IMG/VR virus record: IMGVR_UViG_3300021141_000706
Length of the DNA stretch: 64,000 nt
Direction: 5' to 3' (one strand)
Source of the DNA: a virus
Made by a program: the position numbers and the translations under genes. The notes beneath the pieces were generated by a model, which saw only the letters and a list, made by a program, of their open reading frames with translations, had not been told where the DNA came from and did no database searches. Shown here piece after piece: positions 26,760 to 36,589 of this stretch. Each line of letters opens with the position of its first letter. Position 1 is the stretch's first letter.

Positions 26760-27358
26760 AAAAAGAAGTAAAAGTATTAGGTTTATCCTACAGTCAATCA
26801 CAGTCAGGATCTTATGTTGTTGTTCTTTCTGAAAAGAAAGGCAAACGTAAATTACCTATCGTAATTAAACCATCAGACGCGCAACAAATCGCTTTGAAGA
26901 TTGAAGGAGTTAAATCACCTAGACCTTTGACTCACGACTTGTTCAAAACAATCACAGATTCCTATCAAATTGATATTCAAGAAGTTTATATCTATGCTAT
27001 CTTAGAAGGTATCTTCTATACTAAATTAATCACTTCAAATGGAGTTGAAGAAGCTGAGATTGATTGTACAGCGGGTGATGGTATTGCTTTATCTATTGTT
27101 TATGGTTGTCCTTTATATGCTTCTAAGGAAGTTTTAGATTTATCTGGTGTTTACATCAATGACGATGGAAGTACTCTGGATAATTCAAATATCGAAGACA
27201 TTGATGATTACGAAGAAGACATTGAAGAAACTCCAAAAAGAGTTGTTTCTATTGAAGACTTAGAACATATGATTGAAGATGCTATCAGAAATGAAGAGTA
27301 TGAAATTGCGGCTGAAATTCGTGATAGAATTGAAAAATTAAAAAAAGAAGGTAACTAA
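26756..27358 (+). CDS. bifunctional nuclease (DUF151/BFN) with UVR domain
   Basis: LPIVI..AQQIA, PRPLTHDL, EEYEIAAEIRD. Confidence 0.9.
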   Translation: MKKEVKVLGLSYSQSQSGSYVVVLSEKKGKRKLPIVIKPSDAQQIALKIEGVKSPRPLTHDLFKTITDSYQIDIQEVYIYAILEGIFYTKLITSNGVEEAEIDCTAGDGIALSIVYGCPLYASKEVLDLSGVYINDDGSTLDNSNIEDIDDYEEDIEETPKRVVSIEDLEHMIEDAIRNEEYEIAAEIRDRIEKLKKEGN

Positions 27359-27359
27359 T

Positions 27360-28196
27360 ATGGCATTATCGTATATCGGTGGTAAATCGAAAATCGGAAC
27401 TTGGATTAGAAATTACATTCCAAACAATATTGAAACTTATGTAGAACCATTCTCAGGGATGTTCTGGGTATTCTTTAAGTTGAATACACCAAGTTTCAAA
27501 AATCTTAAAACTGTTGTTTACAATGACGTAAACCCGTTAAATGTAAACTTATATCTTTGTCTTAAAGATTATAAGAAGTTTTGGGATATGACTCAAAACA
27601 CACCAATTGAAAACAAAGAGTTATTCAATAAATGTAAATCAGATTTATTTGATACTGAGTTTGTATTAGATATGAATAACCCTAACTTTGATATTGCTAT
27701 CAAGTATGCTTATGTTTTAAGTCAAGTTTGGTCTGGTACCGATCCTAAAAAAGGTAACCTAATCTTAAAAGGTGGTTATGAAGGTAAAGATGGTGTTTAT
27801 AAATCTAAGTTTGAAATCTTTAGAAGTAAACTAATTGATCCTAAATGGCACAGATACTTTGATGCTATTACGAACATTGAGAATCTTGATTTTGAAGAAG
27901 TTATTAAGAAATATGATTCACCTACAACTTACTTCTATTGTGATCCACCATACTTCAAAACCGAAGACTATTATATCAATCATGACTTTGGTATTCAAAC
28001 ACACGAAAGATTGGCTAATGCTTTGAAGGCTATGGAAGGTAGATTCTCATTAAGTTACTATCATTTTGATTTATTAGATGATTGGTTTCCAAGAGAAGAA
28101 TACACTTGGAAAGATAAAGAGTTTGCTAAGACCGCAATGGCTGTTCCTGGTAAGGCACAGACTAAAGGTACCGAGATTCTAATAATGAACTACTAA
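27360..28196 (+). CDS. DNA adenine methyltransferase (Dam/D12 class)
   Basis: YIGGKS, YVEPFSG, YNDVN, DPPY, EILIMNY. Confidence 0.9.
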   Translation: MALSYIGGKSKIGTWIRNYIPNNIETYVEPFSGMFWVFFKLNTPSFKNLKTVVYNDVNPLNVNLYLCLKDYKKFWDMTQNTPIENKELFNKCKSDLFDTEFVLDMNNPNFDIAIKYAYVLSQVWSGTDPKKGNLILKGGYEGKDGVYKSKFEIFRSKLIDPKWHRYFDAITNIENLDFEEVIKKYDSPTTYFYCDPPYFKTEDYYINHDFGIQTHERLANALKAMEGRFSLSYYHFDLLDDWFPREEYTWKDKEFAKTAMAVPGKAQTKGTEILIMNY

Positions 28197-28197
28197 G

Positions 28198-28536
28198 ATG
28201 ATTATACTTACTTGTCAGTTAATCTTTGATAAAGGCGGTGAAAGAATACTTACCTCAGTTGTTTATGATGATATTACTGATAGATTTGTTAGAACGGCTC
28301 AAAAAATATCACCTGAATTAGTACAGGATTTAAATTCTAACAACCCTATGGTTGATATTAATGATGTTGTTAGTTTAGATTATATTGATTATGTATTAGA
28401 TGATGAAGAGTTAGAAGAAGTTATTGAAATGGTTGAAGATGGACCTGACAATGATATAATTAAAAAAGCAAAAGAATTTATTGTCTTCTATAAAAGAGAT
28501 AAAAAAATAAAAAATATAATAGATGAAAAAGATTAA
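28198..28536 (+). CDS. hypothetical protein with C-terminal tag
   Basis: Ends YKRDKKIKNIIDEKD. Confidence 0.75.
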   Translation: MIILTCQLIFDKGGERILTSVVYDDITDRFVRTAQKISPELVQDLNSNNPMVDINDVVSLDYIDYVLDDEELEEVIEMVEDGPDNDIIKKAKEFIVFYKRDKKIKNIIDEKD

Positions 28537-29113
28537 GTCAGTTTTAATATCAGTTTTTGATAAAGAAGGATTAGAACCATTAGTTAGAATATTAAATGAT
28601 AATGGTGTAAGAATTTACTCAACCGGTGGTACAGAAAAATTTATTAATGACTTAGGGGTTAATGTTATTTCTGTTGAAACAGTTACTGACTATCCATCTA
28701 TCTTAGGTGGTAGAGTTAAAACTTTACATCCAAAAGTATTTGGTGGTATCTTAAATCGTAGAGAAAATGAAAAAGACCAATTAGAAATTTCAGCATTTGG
28801 AATTCCAGAAATTGATATGGTAATTGTTGATCTTTATCCTTTCTCAGAAACAGTTAAGAATGAATCATCAACACATCAAGATATAATTGAGAAGATTGAT
28901 ATTGGTGGTGTTTCTTTAATCAGAGCCGCTGGTAAAAACTATAAAGATGTTCTTATTGTTTCAAATAAGGACCAATATTCTGATGTTTGTGAAATTTTAA
29001 GTACCCAAGAAGTCTCAACGTCATTAGAACAAAGAATGAAGTTTGCTGGTAAGTCATTTGAGTTAACTACTAAATATGATTCTGAAATAGCAGAATATTT
29101 TTATGAAATATAA
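28523..29113 (+). CDS. purH: stand-alone IMP cyclohydrolase (PurH N-terminal domain)
   Basis: LISVFDK, STGGT, GGRVKTLHP, IDIGG..IRAAGKN, YDSEIA; only 196 aa. Confidence 0.9.
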   Translation: MKKIKSVLISVFDKEGLEPLVRILNDNGVRIYSTGGTEKFINDLGVNVISVETVTDYPSILGGRVKTLHPKVFGGILNRRENEKDQLEISAFGIPEIDMVIVDLYPFSETVKNESSTHQDIIEKIDIGGVSLIRAAGKNYKDVLIVSNKDQYSDVCEILSTQEVSTSLEQRMKFAGKSFELTTKYDSEIAEYFYEI

Positions 29114-29420
29114 GAAGATAATTAAAGAGTGGAAAGAAGCAACACCACAAGAAGTCTGGGAAGGAGTTAAAGATAACTTTCTTTTTGGATTTATTGGAGC
29201 TACTTTAGTTGTCTTCATTGCCACAAAAACAGACTTAGCTGTTTTGATTGGTTATATGGCTTACTATATGTTTATGGGTAAGATTGTTAATAGACCTAAG
29301 TATGTAACTGATTTAGGTAGAATGATTGTATTCCCTATCCCGTCTGCGTTAGGTGCTTTCACTGGTTATAAACTATCATATTTAATGATAGAACTTTTAA
29401 ATCAATTGATGGGAAGTTAA
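29103..29420 (+). CDS. small membrane protein
   Basis: Two to three hydrophobic segments. Confidence 0.7.
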   Translation: MKYKKIIKEWKEATPQEVWEGVKDNFLFGFIGATLVVFIATKTDLAVLIGYMAYYMFMGKIVNRPKYVTDLGRMIVFPIPSALGAFTGYKLSYLMIELLNQLMGS

Positions 29421-29457
29421 AAACTTTAATAAATAAGATATAAAAATATCTTTATTA

Positions 29458-29688
29458 ATGAAGTATAAACCCGGAGATGTCGTAATAAAAACCACTGGTG
29501 GAAATAAAATGACTGTCTTTGATAAAGTTAATGATAGTTATAAATGTCTTTGGTTTGTTGAAAGTTCAATGAATGAATCTGAGTTCAAAGAAGAAGAGAT
29601 AGTCTCTCTAAATGAATATAAACGATTTCTAAAGACAGAAGAAAGAGAAGATAAGATTAACCAACTTCTTAATTCTTTTACCAATTAA
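29458..29688 (+). CDS. YodC/DUF2158-like protein with C-terminal tag
   Basis: KPGDVV...GGNKMTV...CLWF then EEREDKINQLLN. Confidence 0.75.
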   Translation: MKYKPGDVVIKTTGGNKMTVFDKVNDSYKCLWFVESSMNESEFKEEEIVSLNEYKRFLKTEEREDKINQLLNSFTN

Positions 29689-30439
29689 TATTTACTACTT
29701 CTGGATTTGAATAAAGTGATTTAGAATAATAGTTATCAAATATATTTCTATACTTTTGTTGCCAAATCTCTACATCTGGAATATTCATTTCAGTCATTTT
29801 TCTACCTAAACCAGTTGACATATAAGCTTGTAACTCATCTGGTAAAACGTGGTCAGCATAACCATATTCAGTAATACACTTATACATCATATCTTTTACC
29901 GTAGGATCACACTCATCATTCATTTTAGACATTTCTGCCTTATATTCAGGTAAAGTAAACCACATAGCGTGAGCAAATTCGTGTTCAAGTAAGCTATTTG
30001 ATAACTCATCAACACCTAAAAGATAGTAGTTATGATCACCTTCTATTTCTTTAATTGTATTAATAGTTGATAACATTAATTTATCCCAGTTGTTTATTTC
30101 ATCTTCTGGTATATTAAACATACACTCTTCTAATATATTTGAAGGAATGTTAAATCCAGACCAATCAGAACCATATGTAAACTGTTGTTTACCATAGTGT
30201 TGTTTGTAGATATTTACAAAGTCTGTTACCTTAAATTGTTTACCAATAATTTCTTCAAATGAAGATTCATAAAACTCTTGAGGTCTCATAAACATTAATG
30301 CTCTAGTGTGAGAGTCTGGAGCCTTTATTGCCCAAATATGATCACCACAATGATACAATTCAATTTGAGCTGAAAAAAGATCTATCTCAGGTCTCATATT
30401 TAATTCTTCTAAGAACAGTTTATACTTTTTAATAATCAT
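29678..30439 (-). CDS. putative zincin-like (HExxH) protein with N-terminal leader
   Basis: MIIKKYKLFLEE; HEFAH and downstream DELQAY. Confidence 0.65.
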   Translation of the reverse strand: MIIKKYKLFLEELNMRPEIDLFSAQIELYHCGDHIWAIKAPDSHTRALMFMRPQEFYESSFEEIIGKQFKVTDFVNIYKQHYGKQQFTYGSDWSGFNIPSNILEECMFNIPEDEINNWDKLMLSTINTIKEIEGDHNYYLLGVDELSNSLLEHEFAHAMWFTLPEYKAEMSKMNDECDPTVKDMMYKCITEYGYADHVLPDELQAYMSTGLGRKMTEMNIPDVEIWQQKYRNIFDNYYSKSLYSNPEVVNINW

Positions 30440-30443
30440 AGTA

Positions 30444-31481
30444 TTATTTAATTTTTAACGAGTAAAGTTTTAGTATATTTCTTTGTATTCTATTACCAGC
30501 TCTATTGATTCTCTTTTGAATGAATGCTAAAAACTTATCAACTGACATAGCTTTAACAGATTCACCCGATAAAGTAGGTTTGTCTTCTTCTCTACTAATA
30601 GAGCCCTCTCTATTTTTTATTAACTCATTAGCAAATCCATTTTTAACTCTTCTCAACATCATTTCAACATCAGCATCTGGATAAACACTTAGTATCTTAT
30701 CAGTCATTTTTTGTTTGAACTGATTAGCATCAAACTCTATCATCTTTGTAGCAAACTTCCAAGATGGTGCTTTTTCTTTTACTTCTTCTATATCATATCT
30801 TTTAACATAAGGATAAGCATCTTGAGTCATTGCGTTAATTTCATGAAGTTCACTCCAGTAAACATAAAACCCAATCTCATCATACCAAATCTTCCAAATA
30901 TCTTTTCTAATCTTAGCTCTATTAGCATCTAAAGCCCAAGTAACATCAGTTGATACTTGACCTTTACCTTTTCTCATTCTATTCCAACCCTCATAACCGT
31001 GATTTAATTCGTGTGTTATAGAAGATTCAATCTCAAGAGATAATCCTTCTCTATCATTAAGAACATCGCTTACAATAGCACCAATCTCAAGTACTAAATG
31101 AAGAGTAGCATCTGATCTATCATCAATTGCTGGTTTGATTGCTGAACCACCTTCTTCACCAATATTATAACAAGCACCAGTACCAATATATTTCTTTTTT
31201 GATGTTGGAAATCTTTTAATAAAATCTTCATCAGTCATTGTTTTAAGTGTGTAATTAACAGACATTGATGAGATAGGATATTTGGACCAAATATCATTTT
31301 GAATAAATTGAGTTAAATCTTCTTGACTATATTCTTGAATGTGTGAATAATCTTTTTCACCGGATTCTAAAGCGATATCACAATACTTATTGAACTCATC
31401 TAATAAGAACTGATTGTAGATAAGAGTAGCTTCTGCTACACCGTGTGCTTCAAATAATTGATATGATTTTAAGTGTTTCAT
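30444..31481 (-). CDS. putative zincin-like (HExxH) protein with N-terminal leader
   Basis: MKHLKSYQLFEA; THELNH and downstream EINA. Confidence 0.65.
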   Translation of the reverse strand: MKHLKSYQLFEAHGVAEATLIYNQFLLDEFNKYCDIALESGEKDYSHIQEYSQEDLTQFIQNDIWSKYPISSMSVNYTLKTMTDEDFIKRFPTSKKKYIGTGACYNIGEEGGSAIKPAIDDRSDATLHLVLEIGAIVSDVLNDREGLSLEIESSITHELNHGYEGWNRMRKGKGQVSTDVTWALDANRAKIRKDIWKIWYDEIGFYVYWSELHEINAMTQDAYPYVKRYDIEEVKEKAPSWKFATKMIEFDANQFKQKMTDKILSVYPDADVEMMLRRVKNGFANELIKNREGSISREEDKPTLSGESVKAMSVDKFLAFIQKRINRAGNRIQRNILKLYSLKIK

Positions 31482-31485
31482 TTCG

Positions 31486-31959
31486 TTATATATTAAAATA
31501 GACTAAGAACTTAACAGGTTTGTATTGTCCGTGACTAGCATTCAAATCCATTTTAACATCATATCCGGATTCTATTAGTCTTGAATTAGCGGTTAACATA
31601 TCATCAAATAATCTAATACCTTCATTACCAATTACAGTAGAACCAAATTCATTTGATTCACCAGGTAGTTTAATATCAACGATGATACAAACTTTATCTA
31701 ACTTCTTTGACTTAGTTCCTAATTCAGAAGTTGATATAATTACTGGTAATTGATAATCTAAAAATCTATTTACATCACCTCTTTTTGGATCGAAACTAAT
31801 ATATCCACCTCTTTCAAATCCAGGAGATACCATAGAGTATGATATAATACCCATATCTTCAAAATCTAAAAATACTTCTCTCACTTCAAGAAACTTACTT
31901 GAAATAATTTCTTTAGAATTACTTGTATTTTCATTAAAAGTAGACCAACGTTTAATCAT
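31486..31959 (-). CDS. putative internal virion protein
   Basis: Start moved to MIKRWSTFNEN. Confidence 0.7.
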   Translation of the reverse strand: MIKRWSTFNENTSNSKEIISSKFLEVREVFLDFEDMGIISYSMVSPGFERGGYISFDPKRGDVNRFLDYQLPVIISTSELGTKSKKLDKVCIIVDIKLPGESNEFGSTVIGNEGIRLFDDMLTANSRLIESGYDVKMDLNASHGQYKPVKFLVYFNI

Positions 31960-31960
31960 A

Positions 31961-31972
31961 TAATATATATTA
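31961..31972. promoter_or_regulatory. palindromic bidirectional late-type promoter
   Basis: TAATATATATTA in the 16-bp gap between divergent starts. Confidence 0.65.
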
Positions 31973-31975
31973 AAT

Positions 31976-32320
31976 ATGAAACTCGATATCAATGAAGTTT
32001 ACCACAATTATATAGTTAGAATAGTAATATTTGCTCTTTTTACTTTCAAAAGACAGATAAGACAACCAAATATTTATAAGATTTCTGTTATAACTTTCAC
32101 TATTAAAAGATTGCCTTGGAAAATTAATTTAGTAATTGATACTGGATTGAAATTAAATAAAGAAGATGAAAGAGAAATACTACTTAATGAATTATTAGAG
32201 GGTATTGAAACAGATTATTTATCAACAGTTGTTGTTACATTTGTGACACCATTAAAAGAAGTTACGATGAGTATTGATTTAAGTGATGAAGAAAAGTATG
32301 AACACTATCTTTATTCTTAA
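31976..32320 (+). CDS. hypothetical protein
   Basis: 114 aa; internal tag-like EREILLNELL. Confidence 0.6.
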   Translation: MKLDINEVYHNYIVRIVIFALFTFKRQIRQPNIYKISVITFTIKRLPWKINLVIDTGLKLNKEDEREILLNELLEGIETDYLSTVVVTFVTPLKEVTMSIDLSDEEKYEHYLYS

Positions 32321-33609
32321 TATTCAAATATTACTTCAGCTCTTCTGTAGTTTAAGTCATATGAACTAAATCCAAAGATATCACAGATTCTTTCAAATTT
32401 ATCATCACAACTTTCTTCAGATGGTAATTCACCATCATAAGCATAAGAACTAAATTCTAATTTTGTTTCATAATCACCTATTCTTATACTTTCAACTCTG
32501 AATCCTAACTTTTCAACTTCTTCTCTTAACTCATCTTCATCAGGCAATTCGAATTTATCATTTTCAATATCTGTCTTACTAAATTCAAAAAATACCCAAT
32601 CAATTTTAACTTCTTTACCTTTTCCACTAGTTTCACTACGCCAAGCACCATCAGATCCTGCTCTAAAAGTAGAAAGAACCCAACCATCTTCACCTAATCT
32701 ACCAATTGTGGATTGCATGTTATCAAGCACTACCATTAAGTTATTATAACTACCATCTTTAGGTGAATAAACAATAGTAAATTTACTAACCGTTTTATTT
32801 TTAGATACAAGAACTGGTTTGAAGTTTTGATACCTTGTATTCTTCTCAAGATAATCTGTATAAGTCATTTCACCAGTAGATGATTTGAATGTTATCTTTT
32901 CACCTTCATCAATAAAGTCTAACATAGTATCAACTATCTTATCAACTTCATTTTCAATACCGTGTGATTCTCTTAAAAAAGAAACATACTTATCTACTTT
33001 TCTTTTCTTTAACTCACCATTATCAAATTTATAGTATTTATAATTACCATCTTTATTAAGAACAACATAGAAAGCATCTGGTTTAACATATTTCAAATAA
33101 CTTTTTGTAGTTTGTAGTTGAGTTGAGTAGACATGGTCGATATAATCATCATCTGCCGTATGACCACCCGTCATTCCTCTTTTTTTGTTTTGTGACTTAG
33201 CAGTCTCAACATCAATTAAAATTAAGATAAACATTATCTTATATCCTAATTTTTGAGCGTCTTTTGTAATTTCAAAAACATTTATATCATTTGAGCCAGT
33301 TGTGTCATAGATAAAGTTTTGACCGCTTTTCATATAATGTTTTAATGAAGTAATATTTAATTCAGAAGCTCCTTTGTAATAGTCAGACTTGTCTTTAGTA
33401 AACAAATAAGAAACATCATCTGTTGAAAATGTTTTGATATTTGAATTATGAGGAACAATGAATCTATTGGCAAATGTAGACTTACCAGAACCAGGTAGAC
33501 CTAAAAGAACAATGCCAAGTTTTTCTTTCATCCTATTGATTTCAGGAATAGGATCATTCTTAGAATACTCTTCATTTACAAAACCACTGAAATTGTTAAT
33601 AACTTTCAT
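32317..33609 (-). CDS. P-loop kinase (AAA_33/zeta/PNK-like) fused to an unknown domain, with leader
   Basis: MKVINNFSGFVNEE; GLPGSGKST, STDD, IYDTT. Confidence 0.75.
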   Translation of the reverse strand: MKVINNFSGFVNEEYSKNDPIPEINRMKEKLGIVLLGLPGSGKSTFANRFIVPHNSNIKTFSTDDVSYLFTKDKSDYYKGASELNITSLKHYMKSGQNFIYDTTGSNDINVFEITKDAQKLGYKIMFILILIDVETAKSQNKKRGMTGGHTADDDYIDHVYSTQLQTTKSYLKYVKPDAFYVVLNKDGNYKYYKFDNGELKKRKVDKYVSFLRESHGIENEVDKIVDTMLDFIDEGEKITFKSSTGEMTYTDYLEKNTRYQNFKPVLVSKNKTVSKFTIVYSPKDGSYNNLMVVLDNMQSTIGRLGEDGWVLSTFRAGSDGAWRSETSGKGKEVKIDWVFFEFSKTDIENDKFELPDEDELREEVEKLGFRVESIRIGDYETKLEFSSYAYDGELPSEESCDDKFERICDIFGFSSYDLNYRRAEVIFEY

Positions 33610-33615
33610 ATTTTT

Positions 33616-33671
33616 TATATATTAAATTTTCAATAATCATTTTGTTTATCAAGAAAAGTTTCCTATATTTG
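33616..33671. promoter_or_regulatory. divergent late (-) and early (+) promoters
   Basis: TTAATATATA on - (33616-33625); TTTG-N19-TATATTTG on + (33641-33671). Confidence 0.75.
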
Positions 33672-33688
33672 TAGAAACAATTTTATAT

Positions 33689-34543
33689 ATGAAAGGCTTT
33701 AGAAACTACAACAAAACAGAACTCTTCAACACAATCGATAAAATTTCCATTGAAAAGGTTGGAAGTCAGGTTGTCACTAAATTTGACAATCGTGTTATAA
33801 ACACATCAAATGTCTCTAATCGTTATGAGATTTTTGATATTGTTAAGTATCTAAAAGACAAGATTGAACTTATTGAGAAAAACTTTACCATCACTAAATA
33901 TAATTTTAGATTGACAAGAGGTCAACAATCACTTACACTTGTTTCCGATAGTGTTGAGATTGGTGGTGTTGAATTCCATAAATCATTTTACATACTAAAC
34001 TCAACTGATAAATCAAGACGTTTGAGTTTCAATGCTGGTCTGAAATCAGATAACTTCTATACCATCGGTATGAACAATGTTGGAATGAATAAGAAACACC
34101 TTACTGGTGTTACACAAGCCGCAGAAGATGCTTCAGTTGGTTTGAACGGTGAAACATTTGACGAACAAATTGAATCTTTACAATCTTTAGTAGGACATCG
34201 TATACATTTTTCTAAACTTCGTCAGATTATTCTTGGTGATAAAGAAGAAATTCCACAAATCAATCACCGTAAGTTTGATGCGTTTAAGAACACAGTTCGT
34301 TATGCTAGTTCTGACCGTAAAATTAACTTAACATCTGAGCAACATAAGCAATTGTTTCAAAATTCTGAAGCAATGAAAGAAGTTGAGCACGATTTTTACT
34401 TAGATGCTTTCTGGTCTTTTCAAATGTATTTGAGATTGTTTAATAAGCAAGATTCTCACATTATTAAGAATGAGACAGAACGAATTATGAAAATGACTCA
34501 GTGGGCTGTTCGTAATTCAGTTTTGGAAGCTTTAGGAATTTAA
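33689..34543 (+). CDS. hypothetical protein, weakly DUF932-like
   Basis: SNRYE, ILNSTDKSRRLSFNAGL; ends AVRNSVLEALGI (degenerate tag). Confidence 0.6.
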   Translation: MKGFRNYNKTELFNTIDKISIEKVGSQVVTKFDNRVINTSNVSNRYEIFDIVKYLKDKIELIEKNFTITKYNFRLTRGQQSLTLVSDSVEIGGVEFHKSFYILNSTDKSRRLSFNAGLKSDNFYTIGMNNVGMNKKHLTGVTQAAEDASVGLNGETFDEQIESLQSLVGHRIHFSKLRQIILGDKEEIPQINHRKFDAFKNTVRYASSDRKINLTSEQHKQLFQNSEAMKEVEHDFYLDAFWSFQMYLRLFNKQDSHIIKNETERIMKMTQWAVRNSVLEALGI

Positions 34544-34552
34544 TTATATTTG
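34522..34552 (+). promoter_or_regulatory. early promoter
   Basis: TTTG-N19-TATATTTG. Confidence 0.7.
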
Positions 34553-34565
34553 TAAAAAGAAAAAT

Positions 34566-35072
34566 ATGTTAAGAGAAGATAATTCAGGATTTGTTAATTT
34601 TCCTATACCAGGTAAAGTTTTCAATCGTTTAGAGACTGGTAAGACATTTGTATATCTTGTTGCGTTTGATTCTGAGGATGTATCAAACAAAGCATATGAG
34701 TTATCTAATCTTAGATTAATATCTACTGGTACTTTCATTGCTGATGATATCAGTATGAGAGCCAGACCAAAGACATCTGGTAAAATGTCTATTGATGAAC
34801 TTATTAAGAATAAGTTAAAAGATGATGAATATGATAATCTTTATTTTCCAAACTCTGGTGATAAAGACGATCTTAAAAAGTTAATGTCTATTCCTTTAAC
34901 AACTTGTATTTGTATGGGTTGGTCTGATTATACTTTTGATGTAAAAGATGATTTAGGATTTTGGAATGCTTCGTTCAGAGACTTAACAAATGAAGGTAGA
35001 AAACTTTACTACTCAATAAAAAAGTTACACAATAATAAAGAAGTTAGAATTTTAACTTTTAACAATATTTAA
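34566..35072 (+). CDS. hypothetical protein
   Basis: 168 aa ORF following a promoter. Confidence 0.75.
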   Translation: MLREDNSGFVNFPIPGKVFNRLETGKTFVYLVAFDSEDVSNKAYELSNLRLISTGTFIADDISMRARPKTSGKMSIDELIKNKLKDDEYDNLYFPNSGDKDDLKKLMSIPLTTCICMGWSDYTFDVKDDLGFWNASFRDLTNEGRKLYYSIKKLHNNKEVRILTFNNI

Positions 35073-35104
35073 TTTGTGTTAGTCAAAAATAAAAACTAAA
35101 TTTG
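35073..35104 (+). promoter_or_regulatory. early promoter
   Basis: TTTG-N20-TAAATTTG. Confidence 0.7.
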
Positions 35105-35120
35105 TATAAAAAATAACCAT

Positions 35121-36506
35121 ATGGCATACGAAAGAAAAACATTTGATTTAATCATATCAGAAGAGTTAAAAGCCGTGTTATCAGAAATTGAATCTGATTC
35201 ACAGGTAGCAAGATTGTTACTAAAGAAAAGACATGATAAAGAAGACTTGGTTGATGATCCAATCAATTTCATTTCTGTTGCTCAAGATAAAACTAAAGTT
35301 TCTTATCTAACTACAGATAGGATTGCTAAAATTGAAGACCCTTCTTTATACTGGTCTTCTTCTCGTAGATTTGCCGTAAAACCGGGTGGATTTATTTCTA
35401 AATTATTCAAAGACATTCCGGCTAAAGAGGTAGAGAAATTCTCTAACCTTTATCGTGCTCAGTCTAACAAGGCTAAGTTCACATTCAAAATAGTTGATGG
35501 TGATTATATCAAAACTTACTACCATATCAACTCATATGCTCAAGAGCGTGGTACGCTTGGTGCTTCTTGTATGAAGTATGACAACTGCCAAGATTATTTT
35601 GGTATCTATACAGAGAACACTGACAAAGTAAAATTGTTAGTTATGTTAAACGAAGATGGTGGTCTTATGGGTCGTGCTCTTCTATGGGACTTTGATACTA
35701 ATAAGATTATGGATCGTATTTATACGATTGTTGATGAAGAGTTTGTATTCCAATTCAAAAAATGGGCAACTGATAACGGTTACCTTTATAAATCAGAGCA
35801 AAACTGGTATAATACTTTGTTCTTTGAAAACCTTTCAACTGAAAAGAAAGAGTTAAAACTTTCTATCAAGTTAGATAACTCAAAGTTTAGACGTTATCCT
35901 TATGTTGATACATTCAAATTCTTCGATGAAGAAAAAGGATTGTTATTGAACTATATGGAGGGTCATGAGTTCAGAACACTTTGTGCTTCTGATGGTGGTA
36001 AATACGGCTCAGACTATTTAGCATTTGATGATATTGACCGTGTTCTTCGTCATAGAGGTGATTCAGTTTATGTTCGTTACTTAGACATCAGAACTTCTCA
36101 TAATAATGTTAACTACTCTGAAATTCATGATCAATACATTCTTTGTAGAGACGCTAGATATGATGAAGAAATTGGTGAATATCTTTTCAATGAAGAGAAT
36201 GATAGATTCAACAACACTGAGAGAATCAATGAGAGAAGAGAATATCTTAGAAAGAGAAGAGAAGAAAAAGAAAAAACTCCTCGTAAAAAGAAATCTACAT
36301 CTTCTTGGATTGAATCTCTTATGGGTAGCTCTGGTTTAACTGAAGATACTATTAACGAAGTGTATCAAAGAATAACTCAACAAACTGGTATTCCTCAAGG
36401 TTACTTTAGTTTGGATTATGATTATGCTAATACTGTAGCGAGAGACAACTACACTGTTGTTCCACAAGATGAAGAACCTGTTCCAGTACCAGAACCTGAA
36501 CAATAA
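35121..36506 (+). CDS. conserved phage protein (SCM...GRALLW...MDRIY motif family)
   Basis: GASCMKY, GRALLW, IMDRIY, YPYVDT; function unknown. Confidence 0.7.
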   Translation: MAYERKTFDLIISEELKAVLSEIESDSQVARLLLKKRHDKEDLVDDPINFISVAQDKTKVSYLTTDRIAKIEDPSLYWSSSRRFAVKPGGFISKLFKDIPAKEVEKFSNLYRAQSNKAKFTFKIVDGDYIKTYYHINSYAQERGTLGASCMKYDNCQDYFGIYTENTDKVKLLVMLNEDGGLMGRALLWDFDTNKIMDRIYTIVDEEFVFQFKKWATDNGYLYKSEQNWYNTLFFENLSTEKKELKLSIKLDNSKFRRYPYVDTFKFFDEEKGLLLNYMEGHEFRTLCASDGGKYGSDYLAFDDIDRVLRHRGDSVYVRYLDIRTSHNNVNYSEIHDQYILCRDARYDEEIGEYLFNEENDRFNNTERINERREYLRKRREEKEKTPRKKKSTSSWIESLMGSSGLTEDTINEVYQRITQQTGIPQGYFSLDYDYANTVARDNYTVVPQDEEPVPVPEPEQ

Positions 36507-36511
36507 TACAC

Positions 36512-36535
36512 AAACCCTCGTCAAGAGGGTTTTTT
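36512..36535 (+). terminator. intrinsic terminator
   Basis: AAACCCTC-GTCAA-GAGGGTTT followed by a T run. Confidence 0.85.
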
Positions 36536-36589
36536 ATTTTAAACTTTATCACTATTTCCGTATAAAACATAAAAATATAGTGATGATAG

